Below are positions 1-11,453 of a stretch of 64,000 nucleotides of DNA, piece by piece. The DNA lies in contig CDMY01000227.1 in the NCBI GenBank assembly GCA_001179505.1, positions 248,001 through 312,000 on the forward strand. The letters run 5' to 3'. The DNA comes from Vitrella brassicaformis CCMP3155. Lineage: Eukaryota; Protista; Chromerida. Position numbers and translations under genes: made by a program. The notes under the pieces were generated by a model that was not told where the DNA came from, ran no database searches, and saw only the letters and a list, made by a program, of their open reading frames with translations. How positions within the stretch are numbered: position 1 is the stretch's first letter; each line of letters opens with the position of its first letter.

Positions 1-3000
1 GCCGATGACGAGGAGGCCACCGGGGTTGATGTGCTTGTGGATGGCCTGGAGGGCGGTTTTGGGTTTGCTGAGGGACTCGATGAAGCCAGGGGAGGCCATC
101 ACAACCAGATCTGGTGGATGGATGGAGTCACAGGCAGACAGACATACGTGGTGTATGCGGGTGGCGGCTGTTGTGGTGTGTGGGTGTCTGTGGGTGGGTG
201 TACCGTATTCGTTGAATTTGTTGATGTCCAGGTTGGCGACGTCGGCCTGGTGGAACTGAATCTTCCTGTGACACACACACACACACGCACAGAGAGAGAA
301 AGAGAGAGAGAGCGATGGATATGGATGGATGGATGGATGGCCTCCTCCATCTCACACTCACTTGTGAGGATCGTCGATGGCCTGGTGGAAGGCGAAGTCC
401 TTGGCGACGATCTCGGGCGGGTACTCGACTAGGTCGCCCTCCGTCTGTATGGCATAGCGGATGCGGCCGTTGGTCATGAACCGATCCGCCACTTGGAAGT
501 ATCTGCACAGACAGCATACCACCCCCACCACACGCACATAGATGGGGCAGGGCACAATACAGATGGCCATTTGTGTGTGTGTGTGTACCGTGCGGTGAGG
601 TCTGCCCCGTGGACGGTGTCGAAGAACTTGTGTGCCAGCTCGAACGTGGTGCGACCCGCGCCACAGCCAAACTCTGAGTTTCGATCCATCCATCCATCCA
701 TCCATATGTGTGTGGCGTGACTGTTGGGGTTGACTGACCGAGGGCCTTGGACATGTGCAGCGGGATGCCGACCGCCTTGACCGCCGACACACACTCCCTG
801 TGGGCAGGCACACACATCACATGAGGCAGATGATGGTGTTCTGCCTGAGTGACTGACTGCCTGACTGACGTACTCTGCGAGGAGCGTCGGAAAACTGTCT
901 GCCTTGGTCCAGGGGTGGGGCTGGTAGTGGAAGGCGATGGTGTCGGCCGTCAGCTTGTCGGTCTCAAACGGACACACTGTCGTCTTGACGACGGCTGCCG
1001 ACTCCACATATCTGCATACTCGAACGCACCGCACCGTGAGTTTGTGTTGTGCGTTGCGTGTGTGATGGCCGGCGGTGTTTGCTTTCACTCACCTGATGCC
1101 AGCGTGTTGGTAGAAGTGTCGTCTGAATGCGTATCTCGAGTCGGTCGTGGCCTCGTTGCCGGTGGAGATCCAGGAGCCGCCCTTGATGAGGTTGTGCTTG
1201 CCGTCGATCGTAGGTGTCGTGAAATCCTGCTCATCGAGAGCGAAAAGCGTGTGTATTGGGTGGCTGCCTGCCTGGCTGCATGTGTGTGGGGCTGCTCACG
1301 TCGTAGAGGGGGTGCACGGCGAATCCGTCAAAGACGTCCACGGGCGTCTCGGTGTGCTGCCATACATTGCCAACCACATCGTATAGACCTGACACACCCA
1401 CACACACACGCACAGATGATGGAGATAATGCAGGTGAGTTCCTGCAGTGCAGCTCTCCCCCACCCCACCCCACGCACCGCTGTCAGTCTGCTTGAAGGTG
1501 CTGACGGGGCACGACGACGCCCAGTGCTCGAGGTTGACATTGCCGGGCGCCCTCTTCCAGTCGGGCTGGTCCTCACCGAGAGGCACCACCAGCCGCCGCA
1601 TCAAATGCCACTCCTCCTCGCTCGGCAGCCGAATCGGTGCGCCACTCATCTTGTGTGCTTTCCAGTTGCAGAAGGCCTTGGCCTCGAGGTTGTTGACCTC
1701 CACTGGCCAGTCCCACGGCATCTCGATCTCGCTCGTCAGACAACGCAGCCGCCAAGCAACACTGCATGAACAGAAGAGGAGTGATGTCTAGTTGGATGGC
1801 GGAAGGGTTTGTGGGGTGTGGGTAGTCTCACTTGGTGTGTGTGTCAGTTGGGGGTATCCAGAAGAGGGGCTTGGTCACCTGCATGTCCTGCACCCACTGC
1901 CAACCTTCCGCCTGAACTCAGACACAGAAAGAAAGAGACAGGGGAGTGGGCTGGCTTTCTTGTGGGTGGTTGCCTGGCTTGCTGGCTGCTTACGGTCCAA
2001 TATTTCTGTGTGGTGTATCCGCCGTCCTGCATGAACTCCAAGTACTCCTTGTTTGACACCCTGCACACACAACCACATAGAAGAACACAACACATGGCCA
2101 ATAACGGGTGTGTAGGTAGGGGGGGGGGGGGGGGGGGGNNNNNNNNNNNNNNNNNNNNNNNNNNNNNNNNNNNNNNNNNNNNNNNNNNNNNNNNNNNNNN
2201 NNNNNNNNNNNNNNNNNNNNNNNNNNNNNNNNNNNNNNNNNNNNNNNNNNNNNNNNNNNNNNNNNNNNNNNNNNNNNNNNNNNNNNNNNNNNNNNNNNNN
2301 NNNNNNNNNNNNNNNNNNNNNNNNNNNNNNNNNNNNNNNNNNNNNNNNNNNNNNNNNNNNNNNNNNNNNNNNNNNNNNNNNNNNNNNNNNNNNNNNNNNN
2401 NNNNNNNNNNNNNNNNNNNNNNNNNNNNNNNNNNNNNNGGGGGGGGGGGGGGTGGTGAATGAAGGCCTACTTACAGGAATTGCGATGCCTTGAAGTCGGC
2501 GACCGTCGTCTTGCGGTGCCCAAACTCGTTGTCCCACCCGTACAGACGATTGCTGGCGTCCCAGGCACGACCCAACACCACCTCACCTGACCGACAGAGA
2601 CACACACCACACCACACCACACCACACACCGCCTCGTGTGGTGTGGTGTCCATCTGATTGTGTTGCTCACCTCCAGCCACATCTATGAGTTTGTTGTGCG
2701 GCGTGTCGACTTGGTCGGGGTGCGCCCCAAACGCCCCATGGGGGCACAGCGACCACAGCGGATGGTCACGCACCAGAGATGTGGGCAGCCTGTGCACACA
2801 CGCAGTCAATCAATCAATCAACCAACCAATGGCCTCCCGCCCTCCCTCCGTTGCTCTCTGACCGGCGGATGATGACAGACGACGTCTCGAGGTGGATCCT
2901 CTCGTGTTCGATGCCCATGAGCACGATCCACCAGAACGAGTCCTTGGTGATGGGCACCTCCAGCGGCTCGTAGGTGCGGATCATCTCCACCACCAGCGAT

Positions 3001-3790
3001 CGCACCTTCTGCCGGTACTGCAGGACGCGCTCGACGAACAGCGCTGCCGCCTGGGGGTCCTCGTGGGCCTCCTTCTCGGTCGGCCAGGCGTAGTGGGTCT
3101 CGTCGAGGTCGTCCCAGGACATCTCGTCGACACCCACTGCACACATCGTCTCCAGCTCTGATGAATGGACGGAAAGAATTCACACCCAAAACACAGCAAT
3201 GGGCAGCCATCTCTCTCTCTCTGTGTGTGTGTGTGTGTGTCCGTACCTGGGTCGATTCGCTGTGTGATGTATTTGCCGAGGATGAATTTGTTGACGAAGA
3301 AGCACGCCGTGTGGCCGAGGTAGAAGATGAGTGGGTGGCGCAGCGGCTCGGCCTTGACGAAATAGCCCTTGGGGCTGCTCACGACATCAAACAACTAAGA
3401 AACAGATCGGCAAACAAGACAGGCACACGGTCTGTCTGTCTGTCTTTCCCTCTATGTGTTTTACCTTTTCGTAGAGGTCGAATGTCTGCGTGAAGTATCG
3501 CTCGATCTCCACGCGCTTGTCTGCCGCACTGCCGCTATTCACAACCACAGCTGCAAGCACACACACGCAGACACAGAGATATGACAACACCACTCACTTG
3601 TGAGTGGTTTGAGCTCACTCTTTGTGCGGAGAAGACTGTAGTCCGCCGTCATGCCGCCCTGACACACACACACAGACACAGACACAGACAAGACAATCAC
3701 ATCCATCCATCCGTCCATCGATGTGTCCGTCTGTATGTGTGTCTATCTTACCGTCTGAGGCTGCTGGCTGCTGCCAGAGGCGCACGGCAT
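1..3790 (-). CDS. ovoA: 5-histidylcysteine sulfoxide synthase / ovothiol synthase OvoA (DinB-like + FGE-sulfatase + SAM methyltransferase); multi-exon, 3' end beyond the window start
   Basis: Spliced peptides: KAEPLRHPLIFYLGHTA; iron-binding GIEHERIHLETSS (HX3HXE); LYGWDNEFG; WDWPVEVNNLEAKAFCNWK; HPLYD|DFTTPTIDGKHNLIKGGSWISTGNEA; YAFRRHFYQHAGIRY; methyltransferase motif I KALEFGCGAGRTTFEL; IQFHQADVANL; KHINPGGLLVIG at the window edge. ATG inferred at 3790; a downstream ATG at 3652 is an alternative. Confidence 0.92.
2139..2438. other. Assembly gap (300 N) inside an OvoA intron, flanked by G homopolymers
   Basis: N run with G tracts on both sides. The flanking exons join in frame (ASQFL|VSNKEYLEF), so no exon needs to be hidden in it. 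Confidence 0.95.
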
Positions 3791-4661
3791 CGTGTGTGTC
3801 GGCTCAGCAGTGTCAGTGGCACTCACACACACTCGCCGGTGAGCGGAGAGGAAAACCAGCACACCAACGGGAAAATCGCCCGCACTCGCCCAGACGAACG
3901 AACACAAAAACCGAAAAGACGGGCTCCTGTCTGCTTCTCTGTCTGTCTGTCTGATTCTCTGTCTCTTGGCTATACACAACAATATGCTGCCAAATGAGTG
4001 ATGGAAATCGCTCACTACTGACTCACTGACTGACTCACTGACTGTCACCCCACAGTCAGCCAGCCACACGACAAGCAGCTACTCTAGCTAGAGCTTCTTG
4101 TAGTGGAACAGAGACACCTGCCGCCAGTTCATCGCTGCACAAACATCACAATGCCCTTGATTGCTTCACTGCTCTGCTCGCTTCTTGAAAACGATGCTGA
4201 TCTTGTCTGTCTGTCTCAAAGGCAGGCGGCTGTTCAGACGCTCGGCTCGCTGTACAAGGCAGGGAGGGGCGGCTTCTTGAAAGTCGCTTCAGATCCGCTT
4301 CTTGTGGTGGTACACACACAAACGCGTCCAGCACATGCTTCAAAACCTGCACCCAATCACACCCACACACACAACACAGAGCCAGTGCTGGCGATGGCAT
4401 GCAGGAGGAGCTCACACGCGTGACTGGTTTTTCTGTCTTTGGTGAAGATTACGGTAAGACAATGCGAACGAGGGGCTACTCAGCAGCAACTCGCGCGACT
4501 CTTGCCAAACAGGAATCAGCAGCAGCGGTTTCACGCAATGTCGCGTGAAACCGATGTAGAGATCAGGACCAGGAAAGGGCGAAAGAGCAGCTTCTCAGCC
4601 GTGCGGTTGCAATATCTGACGCTCCCGTGTGCCGTTGATCCATTGATATATCTTCGCCGGC

Positions 4662-7600
4662 ATGTTTGGACTGTGCGGCCCTTCGCCTCGTTTGCCGACC
4701 GTGACCGTCAAGAAGGACTGTCCCAACAGCGGCGACACATACATCGGCCCTGACGATGACCTAGCATGCGGTCGGTATGCACCCGCTGCGTGCCAGAAAC
4801 GCATGTATACGCAATTGCAGATCTCACTCACTGGCTGGCTGGGTTGCAGACTATTCGGTTCGGAAGAGTCCTTTCGTGACGGCCCGGGATGCGTGTGTGG
4901 AGATCCCCATGGCAAAGGAGGGCGTCGGGGCTATCAAACCCACCACACTGCCGAAGCTGCTGAAGGTACGGCTTTGGCATATGGATCACACAAACGCGCC
5001 AGACAGGCTGATGCTGCTGTGTGTTGATGTGTGTTAGGCTGCTGCCGAGACCAAGGGGAGCCGCACGGCTCTGCAGTGGGAGGACCCCACAGACCCCTCC
5101 AAACCCATGATCAAAATGACCTACAAAGAGGTACGTGTGAGTGAATGGGCGCTGGGTGCGCTCCCGATTGCGCATGTGAGCGTATGTGTGTGTGTGGGCA
5201 GGGGTATGATGAGGTGTGTCAGGCCGCCCGCGCGCTGGTTCACTACGGCATGCCCGTGTTCGGTTCGGTGGCCATCCTGGGCTTCAACTGCAAGGCCTGG
5301 TGGGTCGCATACCACAGCGGCATGATGGCAGGTATATTCCCCCTTCACACAGACAGACACACACACAGACATTTCATCAATTCCTTGTGGCGGCTCGGCT
5401 GTAGGTGGGAGCAGTGTGGGCATCTACACGACCAACAATGCCTCAGCGTGCGAGTACGTCTGCCGCCACAGCGAGGCCACCGTCGTCTTCGTAGAGAACG
5501 AGAAGCAGCTCTGCAAGTACGAGGGCGTCACGTCCTCAGCGCTCCCGGATCTGCGGGTGTTCGTGGTGTGGGGCGAGGACGTCTCGGCCTACCTCGCCAG
5601 CAAGGGCGCCTCCCTCCCGGCTCCCGTCGTCACCTGGGTCAGTCAGTTTGATTCGTGTGGAGATGGTCTTCTGGCAGTGGCTTGTGTCTGCAGGATGAGT
5701 TCATGGCCAAGGGCCAGGACGATGCGTTGAAGGGTGAGGTGGAGACGAGGATGGCCAACACCAAGCCGGGGCACTGCGCGTCACTCATCTACACCTCTGG
5801 CACGACGGGGACGCCCAAGGTGAGCTGGCTGGCTGGGCGGTAGGTGGGACAGAGGTCGCCGGCTGTCATGTTGGATGTGGTCATGGTCAGGGTTGCATGA
5901 TCAGCCACGACAACTGCATCTGGTCCTCACGTGCCGTCATCAACAGGGTCAAACAGCCCAGCGCAACAGTGCCGGTCGGAGAAAGCAGGCAGCTGGCCAC
6001 AACCACCACGCGCCCCACCGACCACCCCCCACCCTCATTCATGGTTGCTGTCCTTGATTTGTGTGCAGGAGGAGGTGGTGAGTTACCTGCCGCTGTCCCA
6101 CATTGCAGCCCAGATGGGCGACCTCATCTACCCTGTCATCCAAACGGGCTGCCTGGCGGTGAGGGAGAGAGGGACAGAGCCAGCCCCAAGTGACTCGACT
6201 CTTGACACGGCCGGCCGTCGATATCTGTTTGTTTGTGTGCGCTTGCGCCCAGGGGCACTGCATCATCACGTTCGCGCGGCCTGATGCGCTCAAGGGCACT
6301 CTCGGCGACACCCTCAAGAAGGGTACCGAAATACGGAGCATGGAAGCGCAGCGCGGCTCTCAAACCAGAGTGAGTTCTCGCCCCTCTGTGTGTCTTCTGC
6401 TGTGTTTGTTCAGTGAAGCCCACGATGTTCTTTGGTATCCCGCGTGTGTACGAGAAAATGATGGTACGGGGGGATGCAGCCAGCCAGCCGGCACAAAGGA
6501 AGGGCACAGATCCATAAGGGTTTGTTTATGCGGTGGCTGTGCGGCTCTCGTCCCCCGCCCCTCACCACCTCAGGAGAGGATCAAGTCCGTGGCGGCGTCG
6601 ACCAAAAACAGCGCCATCAAGCAAGCGGTAGGTACCCCCCATCCACACCACCCACCGCACCTTTTTGACTTACTTGTGTGTGTGTGTGTGTGGATAGCTG
6701 ATAGACTGGGCCAAGCAGGTGGGCAAGGACCGGCTGGAGATGCAGATGGTGGGTGGGAGGGGCGGCAATCCCATCGGCTGGGGGCTGGCCAAGGGGCTCG
6801 TCCTGAAGAAGGTCCACGCCGCACTGGGCTTCGACAGGTGCTGGGACACCTGCCTTGTCGGCGCAGCACCCACGCCAGAAGCGGTCAGCCAGCCAGCCAT
6901 CCACCCACCCACCCACCTATACCTTCCAGCAACACACCCACCCTCACTCTCAACGTCTTCCTCCTGTGACACTCAGGTGTTCCACTTCTTTGGCGCGCTT
7001 GGTATCATCATCAAGGACGTTTTTGGCATGAGCGAGACGGCGGCCGGTGGGATGGCCGCCGTCTACAGACACATGAAAATCGGAGCGTGCGGGTAAAAGC
7101 GTAGGTGGGGGGCCTACAAACAAGGCACGCACGATGTGCGTGTTGTGGGTGTGGTTCAGGATGCCCATCCCCGGTGAGGAGGTCATGTTGAAGCACCAGC
7201 CTGGCCGCGACGCCCCGGGGTGTGGCGAGCTCTGCATCCGGGGCAGGAACGTCATGATGGGGTAAGCGTGATAGGCAGGCGGGCAGCCGGGCTGGTTTTC
7301 ATCCACGCATTGCCGGCAACACATGTATGTGTGTGTGTGTGTGTGTGTGTAGTTATCTGAAGGACGAGGCCAAGAGCGCCGAGACGATCGATGCCGAGGG
7401 CTGGCTGCACTCGGGCGATGTCGCCACCACCGACGAGAACGGCATCATCAAGATCACGGTATGACGGAGGGACATTTGTGAGAGATGCTCGCCGTTTCCC
7501 TACGTGTGTGTGGTTGTGTAGGGTCGCATCAAGGAGATCATCATTACGGCTGGCGGCGAGAACCTAGCTCCCGTGCCCATCGAGGAGTTCATCAAGGTAT

Positions 7601-8217
7601 GTCCCACACACGCACGCACACATGTACCTAGGTACCTGGGTCAGTCTGTGCGTCGTTCGTTCGTTGTGTCTGTCATCAACATGCACAGACCCACTGCCCG
7701 GCCATCTCCAACTGCATGGTGCTCGGTGACAAGCTCAAATATCTCAGCCTCATCATCACACTGCACACCAAAACGGTACGCAATGGCACACACGCACACA
7801 CACACAAAGATCGAGGAGCCCTGAGCGATCTCTGTGTGCAGGACCCCCAGGGCGACATGATGTCCAACGAGCTGGTGGGCAACGCGTTGGGCTACGGGGG
7901 CAGCGCCGCCACGACGGTCGACGAGGCGCGCACCGACGTCAGCTACAACACGGCCATACAGGAGGTCATCAACAAATATAACGACGAAGCGGTCGGTCAC
8001 CCATCCACACACCACACACCACACCGCACACATGCACAACACCCCTCCTCCCATGTGTCTGCAGGCTGTGAGCCATGCGCAGAGACTCCAGAAATTCCTG
8101 TTGGTTGACAACGATTTCACCATCAAGGGTGGCGAGCTGACGGGCACACTCAAGGTCAGGCGGGCGGCCATCGTGGCCAAGTACGACGCAGAGATACAAC
8201 GCCTGTACGAGGAATGA
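4662..8217 (+). CDS. Long-chain fatty acyl-CoA synthetase, ACSBG (bubblegum)-type; multi-exon
   Basis: AMP-binding motif LIYTSGTTGTPKG; VSYLPLSHIAAQM; KPTMFFGIPRVYEKM; FGMSET; GELCIRGRNVMMGYL; GWLHSGDV; ITGRIKEIIITAGGENLAP; DFTIKGGELTGTLKVRR. Canonical GT-AG junctions; stop TGA at 8215-8217. Confidence 0.93.
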
Positions 8218-8257
8218 ACGAACGAGTCCATCGATGGGCGCATCAGGTGGGGGGGGG

Positions 8258-8557
8258 NNNNNNNNNNNNNNNNNNNNNNNNNNNNNNNNNNNNNNNNNNN
8301 NNNNNNNNNNNNNNNNNNNNNNNNNNNNNNNNNNNNNNNNNNNNNNNNNNNNNNNNNNNNNNNNNNNNNNNNNNNNNNNNNNNNNNNNNNNNNNNNNNNN
8401 NNNNNNNNNNNNNNNNNNNNNNNNNNNNNNNNNNNNNNNNNNNNNNNNNNNNNNNNNNNNNNNNNNNNNNNNNNNNNNNNNNNNNNNNNNNNNNNNNNNN
8501 NNNNNNNNNNNNNNNNNNNNNNNNNNNNNNNNNNNNNNNNNNNNNNNNNNNNNNNNN
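8258..8557. other. Assembly gap (300 N) in the intergenic/3' region, flanked by G runs
   Basis: N run directly visible. Confidence 0.95.
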
Positions 8558-9420
8558 GGGGGGGCTTGATGAATTGTGTGTTCGTGTGTGGGAGGGGGGT
8601 GACGATCGAACGCACCACACTCGTGTGCCCTTTTTGTAAGGATACATACACACGACGCACGAGCAGGTAGGCTTTGTTGCTGCCTGTCCCGGCCTGCGTG
8701 TCCGCCTGCCGTGTGCAAGGCAGGCTTTTTCCCCTCTATGCGTGCGGTAATTTCGTACACCTACTTTTGCAGCAGCACGACTGTAGCAGATGAGGGCGGG
8801 GGGATTGATACGCTCCTACGTCCCATCGGATCGCTTTGTCTCCGTGTGCACGGCAGCAAGCCAGCCTCATCAGATCAGATTGGTTTGTCTACGCGCGTAC
8901 CGGTGGGTGGGAGGGATGCCTAGTAGGCTTTGTGTGTAAGCTATAGACAGATAAGATAGATAGATGACACAAACAAACATCGTGCCGCAATGAGAAAGAG
9001 ACACATGGAAGGGAGACAGGTAGCATCTCAAGTCGATAGTCTGTCTTCGCGGGGAGACCGTTCGTTCGTTTCCATCGATCTTTGTCGACCCATTCACCGG
9101 TTTTATGAATGATGTGATGGTGTGCGTGAGATGGATGAATCCATGGACATCACATCGAGACCACCGTTACTTACATGTGAAAGGTCACGAACACATATCG
9201 GTGTGTTGGTCAAGACACGCACACGAACACACCACGCCTATCTATCGACTGTGCCCGTCGCGTCGTTCACCAGCCAGCTCCAATTGTCTTTGTACACAAA
9301 AAGAAAACGAAGCGCTCAGCAGTCGCTTGCTCGGCTGCACATGTGAGTAACCTACCCTTACCCCTCCACATCCGTAGACACGCACCCCGTCCCACCCCCC
9401 CACCCCGCCCCCTCCAGCAG

Positions 9421-10452
9421 TCAGTTCTTGGACAGCTGATCGATCGTCTTCGGCGGTGGCGGCGACACATTCGTGGGCACCACATACCTCGCCAGCGGCC
9501 TCAGGTCCTTGTAGCACCCCCTCACGGTGCCCTCAGACGTCTTGGCCACACTCGCGATCTCAGACACGGGTATGGTCGTCCTGGTGTCGACATCATACAG
9601 CTGCAGCGCCATGTACAGACACGCCGACGCGAGAGACGACGGGCGGTAGCCCTTGGTGACCTGCTCAGACGCCCGCACGCAGATGTCGGCGGCCAACATC
9701 TCCACCTGTGTCTGCTTGGCGCGTCCGAGGCCGCCCAGCAGCTGGCCGGCGTAGCGCTTGACGAGGTGGGCTGGGGTGTCGGCTGTGGTCCCGCCGTAGT
9801 TGGCGAGGGCGCCATCGCTGGAGCCGGCCTTGGCAACCGTGATGGCCTTCTTGAGTCGGTTGACGGTGCGGCCAAGCTCGGCCACAGTGACGTTGGGGTA
9901 AGGCTCCACGAGCTCCTTGAGAGTGCGGGTGGTGCCGGCCTCCCGACACGCCAGGTAGACGACGGCGAGCATCTCCTTCCACCCCGACTTGCCCTTGAGC
10001 TGGTCCGACTCGAGCAACACGGCTGCAATCTCCTTGCACCGCTCCATGATGACGTCCTTGAGGTTGAAATCACCCTTGATCTTGCTCAGGTTGCCGAACG
10101 CCGTCTTGAGCAGCCGGTCCCTTCCCTGCATGCTCGTGGCGGCCTCGTGAGTCCTCATGAGCGCCCTGTCGCCTCCGATCATGGCCGTGCCGCCCGCACT
10201 GCCGTCGAACCACTCGTCCGTCTTGTCGCCAACACGGTTGCGGTCCTGTCCCGTGTCGCCCTTGTCGCTGTTGCTGAATGTCCGCCACTCCTGCTCCTCG
10301 CTGATGATGCGCGACTGCAGCACCAGACCGCACCGCCCGCACAGCTCGTTGCCCTGCTGGTGGTCCGTAATGATGGCTGCAGCGGACCGGCAAGTCGGAC
10401 AGTACGCCTGGCCGCCTATCAGATTGGAACGTGCGCTCCCTACAGCAGACAT
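9421..10452 (-). CDS. TFIIB: Transcription initiation factor IIB (TFIIB), intronless
   Basis: Zn ribbon CPTC...CGRCGLVL; B-reader IISEEQEWRTFSN...NRVG; two cyclin-like repeats (LAVVYLACREAG..RTLKEL; PSSLASACLYMA..IASVAKTSEGTVRGCYKDL). Likely start MSAVGS at 10452, inside ORF 9421-10908. Confidence 0.93.
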   Translation of the reverse strand: MSAVGSARSNLIGGQAYCPTCRSAAAIITDHQQGNELCGRCGLVLQSRIISEEQEWRTFSNSDKGDTGQDRNRVGDKTDEWFDGSAGGTAMIGGDRALMRTHEAATSMQGRDRLLKTAFGNLSKIKGDFNLKDVIMERCKEIAAVLLESDQLKGKSGWKEMLAVVYLACREAGTTRTLKELVEPYPNVTVAELGRTVNRLKKAITVAKAGSSDGALANYGGTTADTPAHLVKRYAGQLLGGLGRAKQTQVEMLAADICVRASEQVTKGYRPSSLASACLYMALQLYDVDTRTTIPVSEIASVAKTSEGTVRGCYKDLRPLARYVVPTNVSPPPPKTIDQLSKN

Positions 10453-11019
10453 CTCTTCCTCTTCCTCGTCCCCTCGTCCTCTGGCCCTCTCAGCACTAGC
10501 GTTCGCCCGCGCGTTGCGCGGGCTTCCTGAGACCCGCTTCTTAGGTGGTTTAACGAAACACCTATCCCTAAGCCCGACGCTACACTGTCCACAGGACACA
10601 GGCAGCATGCACTCAAACAAACCATTGCACAAGGCGCTTCCTTCAAACCCGCGACCCCCCGCTGCTGACCCGTGGCTTCGGTCAGTAGGCGTGGCATAAA
10701 GCGACTCGCCGCCCTCATCACCCATGAAGAAGGGCATGTGAACTTCAAGGACAGTCATGACCTTACCCTGACCACCGTAACACTCTCCCGCATATCGACC
10801 GCCTGCGCGACTCGAACCCGCGCGGCGCGCGAGACGCCAGCCTCTCGTCTGCCAAACCGGCCATGTGCGAGCTTTTTTTAACGCACATTTGCGGTCCTTT
10901 CTCGCCAACCGCGCGGCACCAGGCTGCGACGCCAGAGCACAGGCAATGGCACAAAATTTTTAACGACGAAAAACACCCCACTCTTGTGGCGAGCTTGAGT
11001 TTAATCACAGTATAGGTAA

Positions 11020-11093
11020 GACCCCTCTGCGATTCGAACCCGCGACTTCCTTTGCCCTCGCTCTGCACGCCTCAACCACTGCGCTATGTGCTC
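11020..11093 (-). other. Degenerate tRNA-like element (Pol III A box + B box); not an intact tRNA
   Basis: Minus strand reads TAGCGCAGTGGT (A box, with a plausible D-stem GCGC/GCGT) and GTCGCGGGTTCGAATC (B box) at tRNA-like spacing. The acceptor, anticodon and T stems do not pair. Confidence 0.4.
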
Positions 11094-11453
11094 ATCGGGC
11101 GGGGTGAACCGCTCCCGCGCGAAACGCATTTCCGCTCATATCTCCTCACCCGCGCCTCCCCGGACCGCAGCCGTCGAGCACAGGCAGCGCGGGAATTTCC
11201 CGCAGCGTCTAAAACGAAAAGACGCCGGTGGTCTGTGGGTGGTGGGTGGCGAGCTTGAAAAGTAGTGGAGTATAGAGAGATCTTTGCGAGCATTGTAAGC
11301 TCGCAACTTTGAAGGAAAAAATCCACAGAAAAGAGCCCTGCAGCGCCAGGGCTGCTCGAGATCCCTGCCGGTGTCTGCGTTGACAGTGGACCACGATTTC
11401 TATTATCCAAGACGAAGTGTGACTGGGCCGTCTCGGTTGAATACGACAATTTG

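Noticed and set aside
9343-10530. 395-aa + strand ORF
   Set aside because: Antisense shadow of the GC-rich TFIIB coding sequence; no independent features.
11020-11093. Intact tRNA gene
   Set aside because: The acceptor, anticodon and T stems do not base-pair.
10986-11258. 13-bp direct repeat GTGGCGAGCTTGA (10986-10998 and 11246-11258) as a SINE target-site duplication
   Set aside because: The tRNA-like part lies at the 3' end rather than the 5' end, there is no A-rich tail, and the repeat is simply two copies of the promoter motif seen elsewhere.
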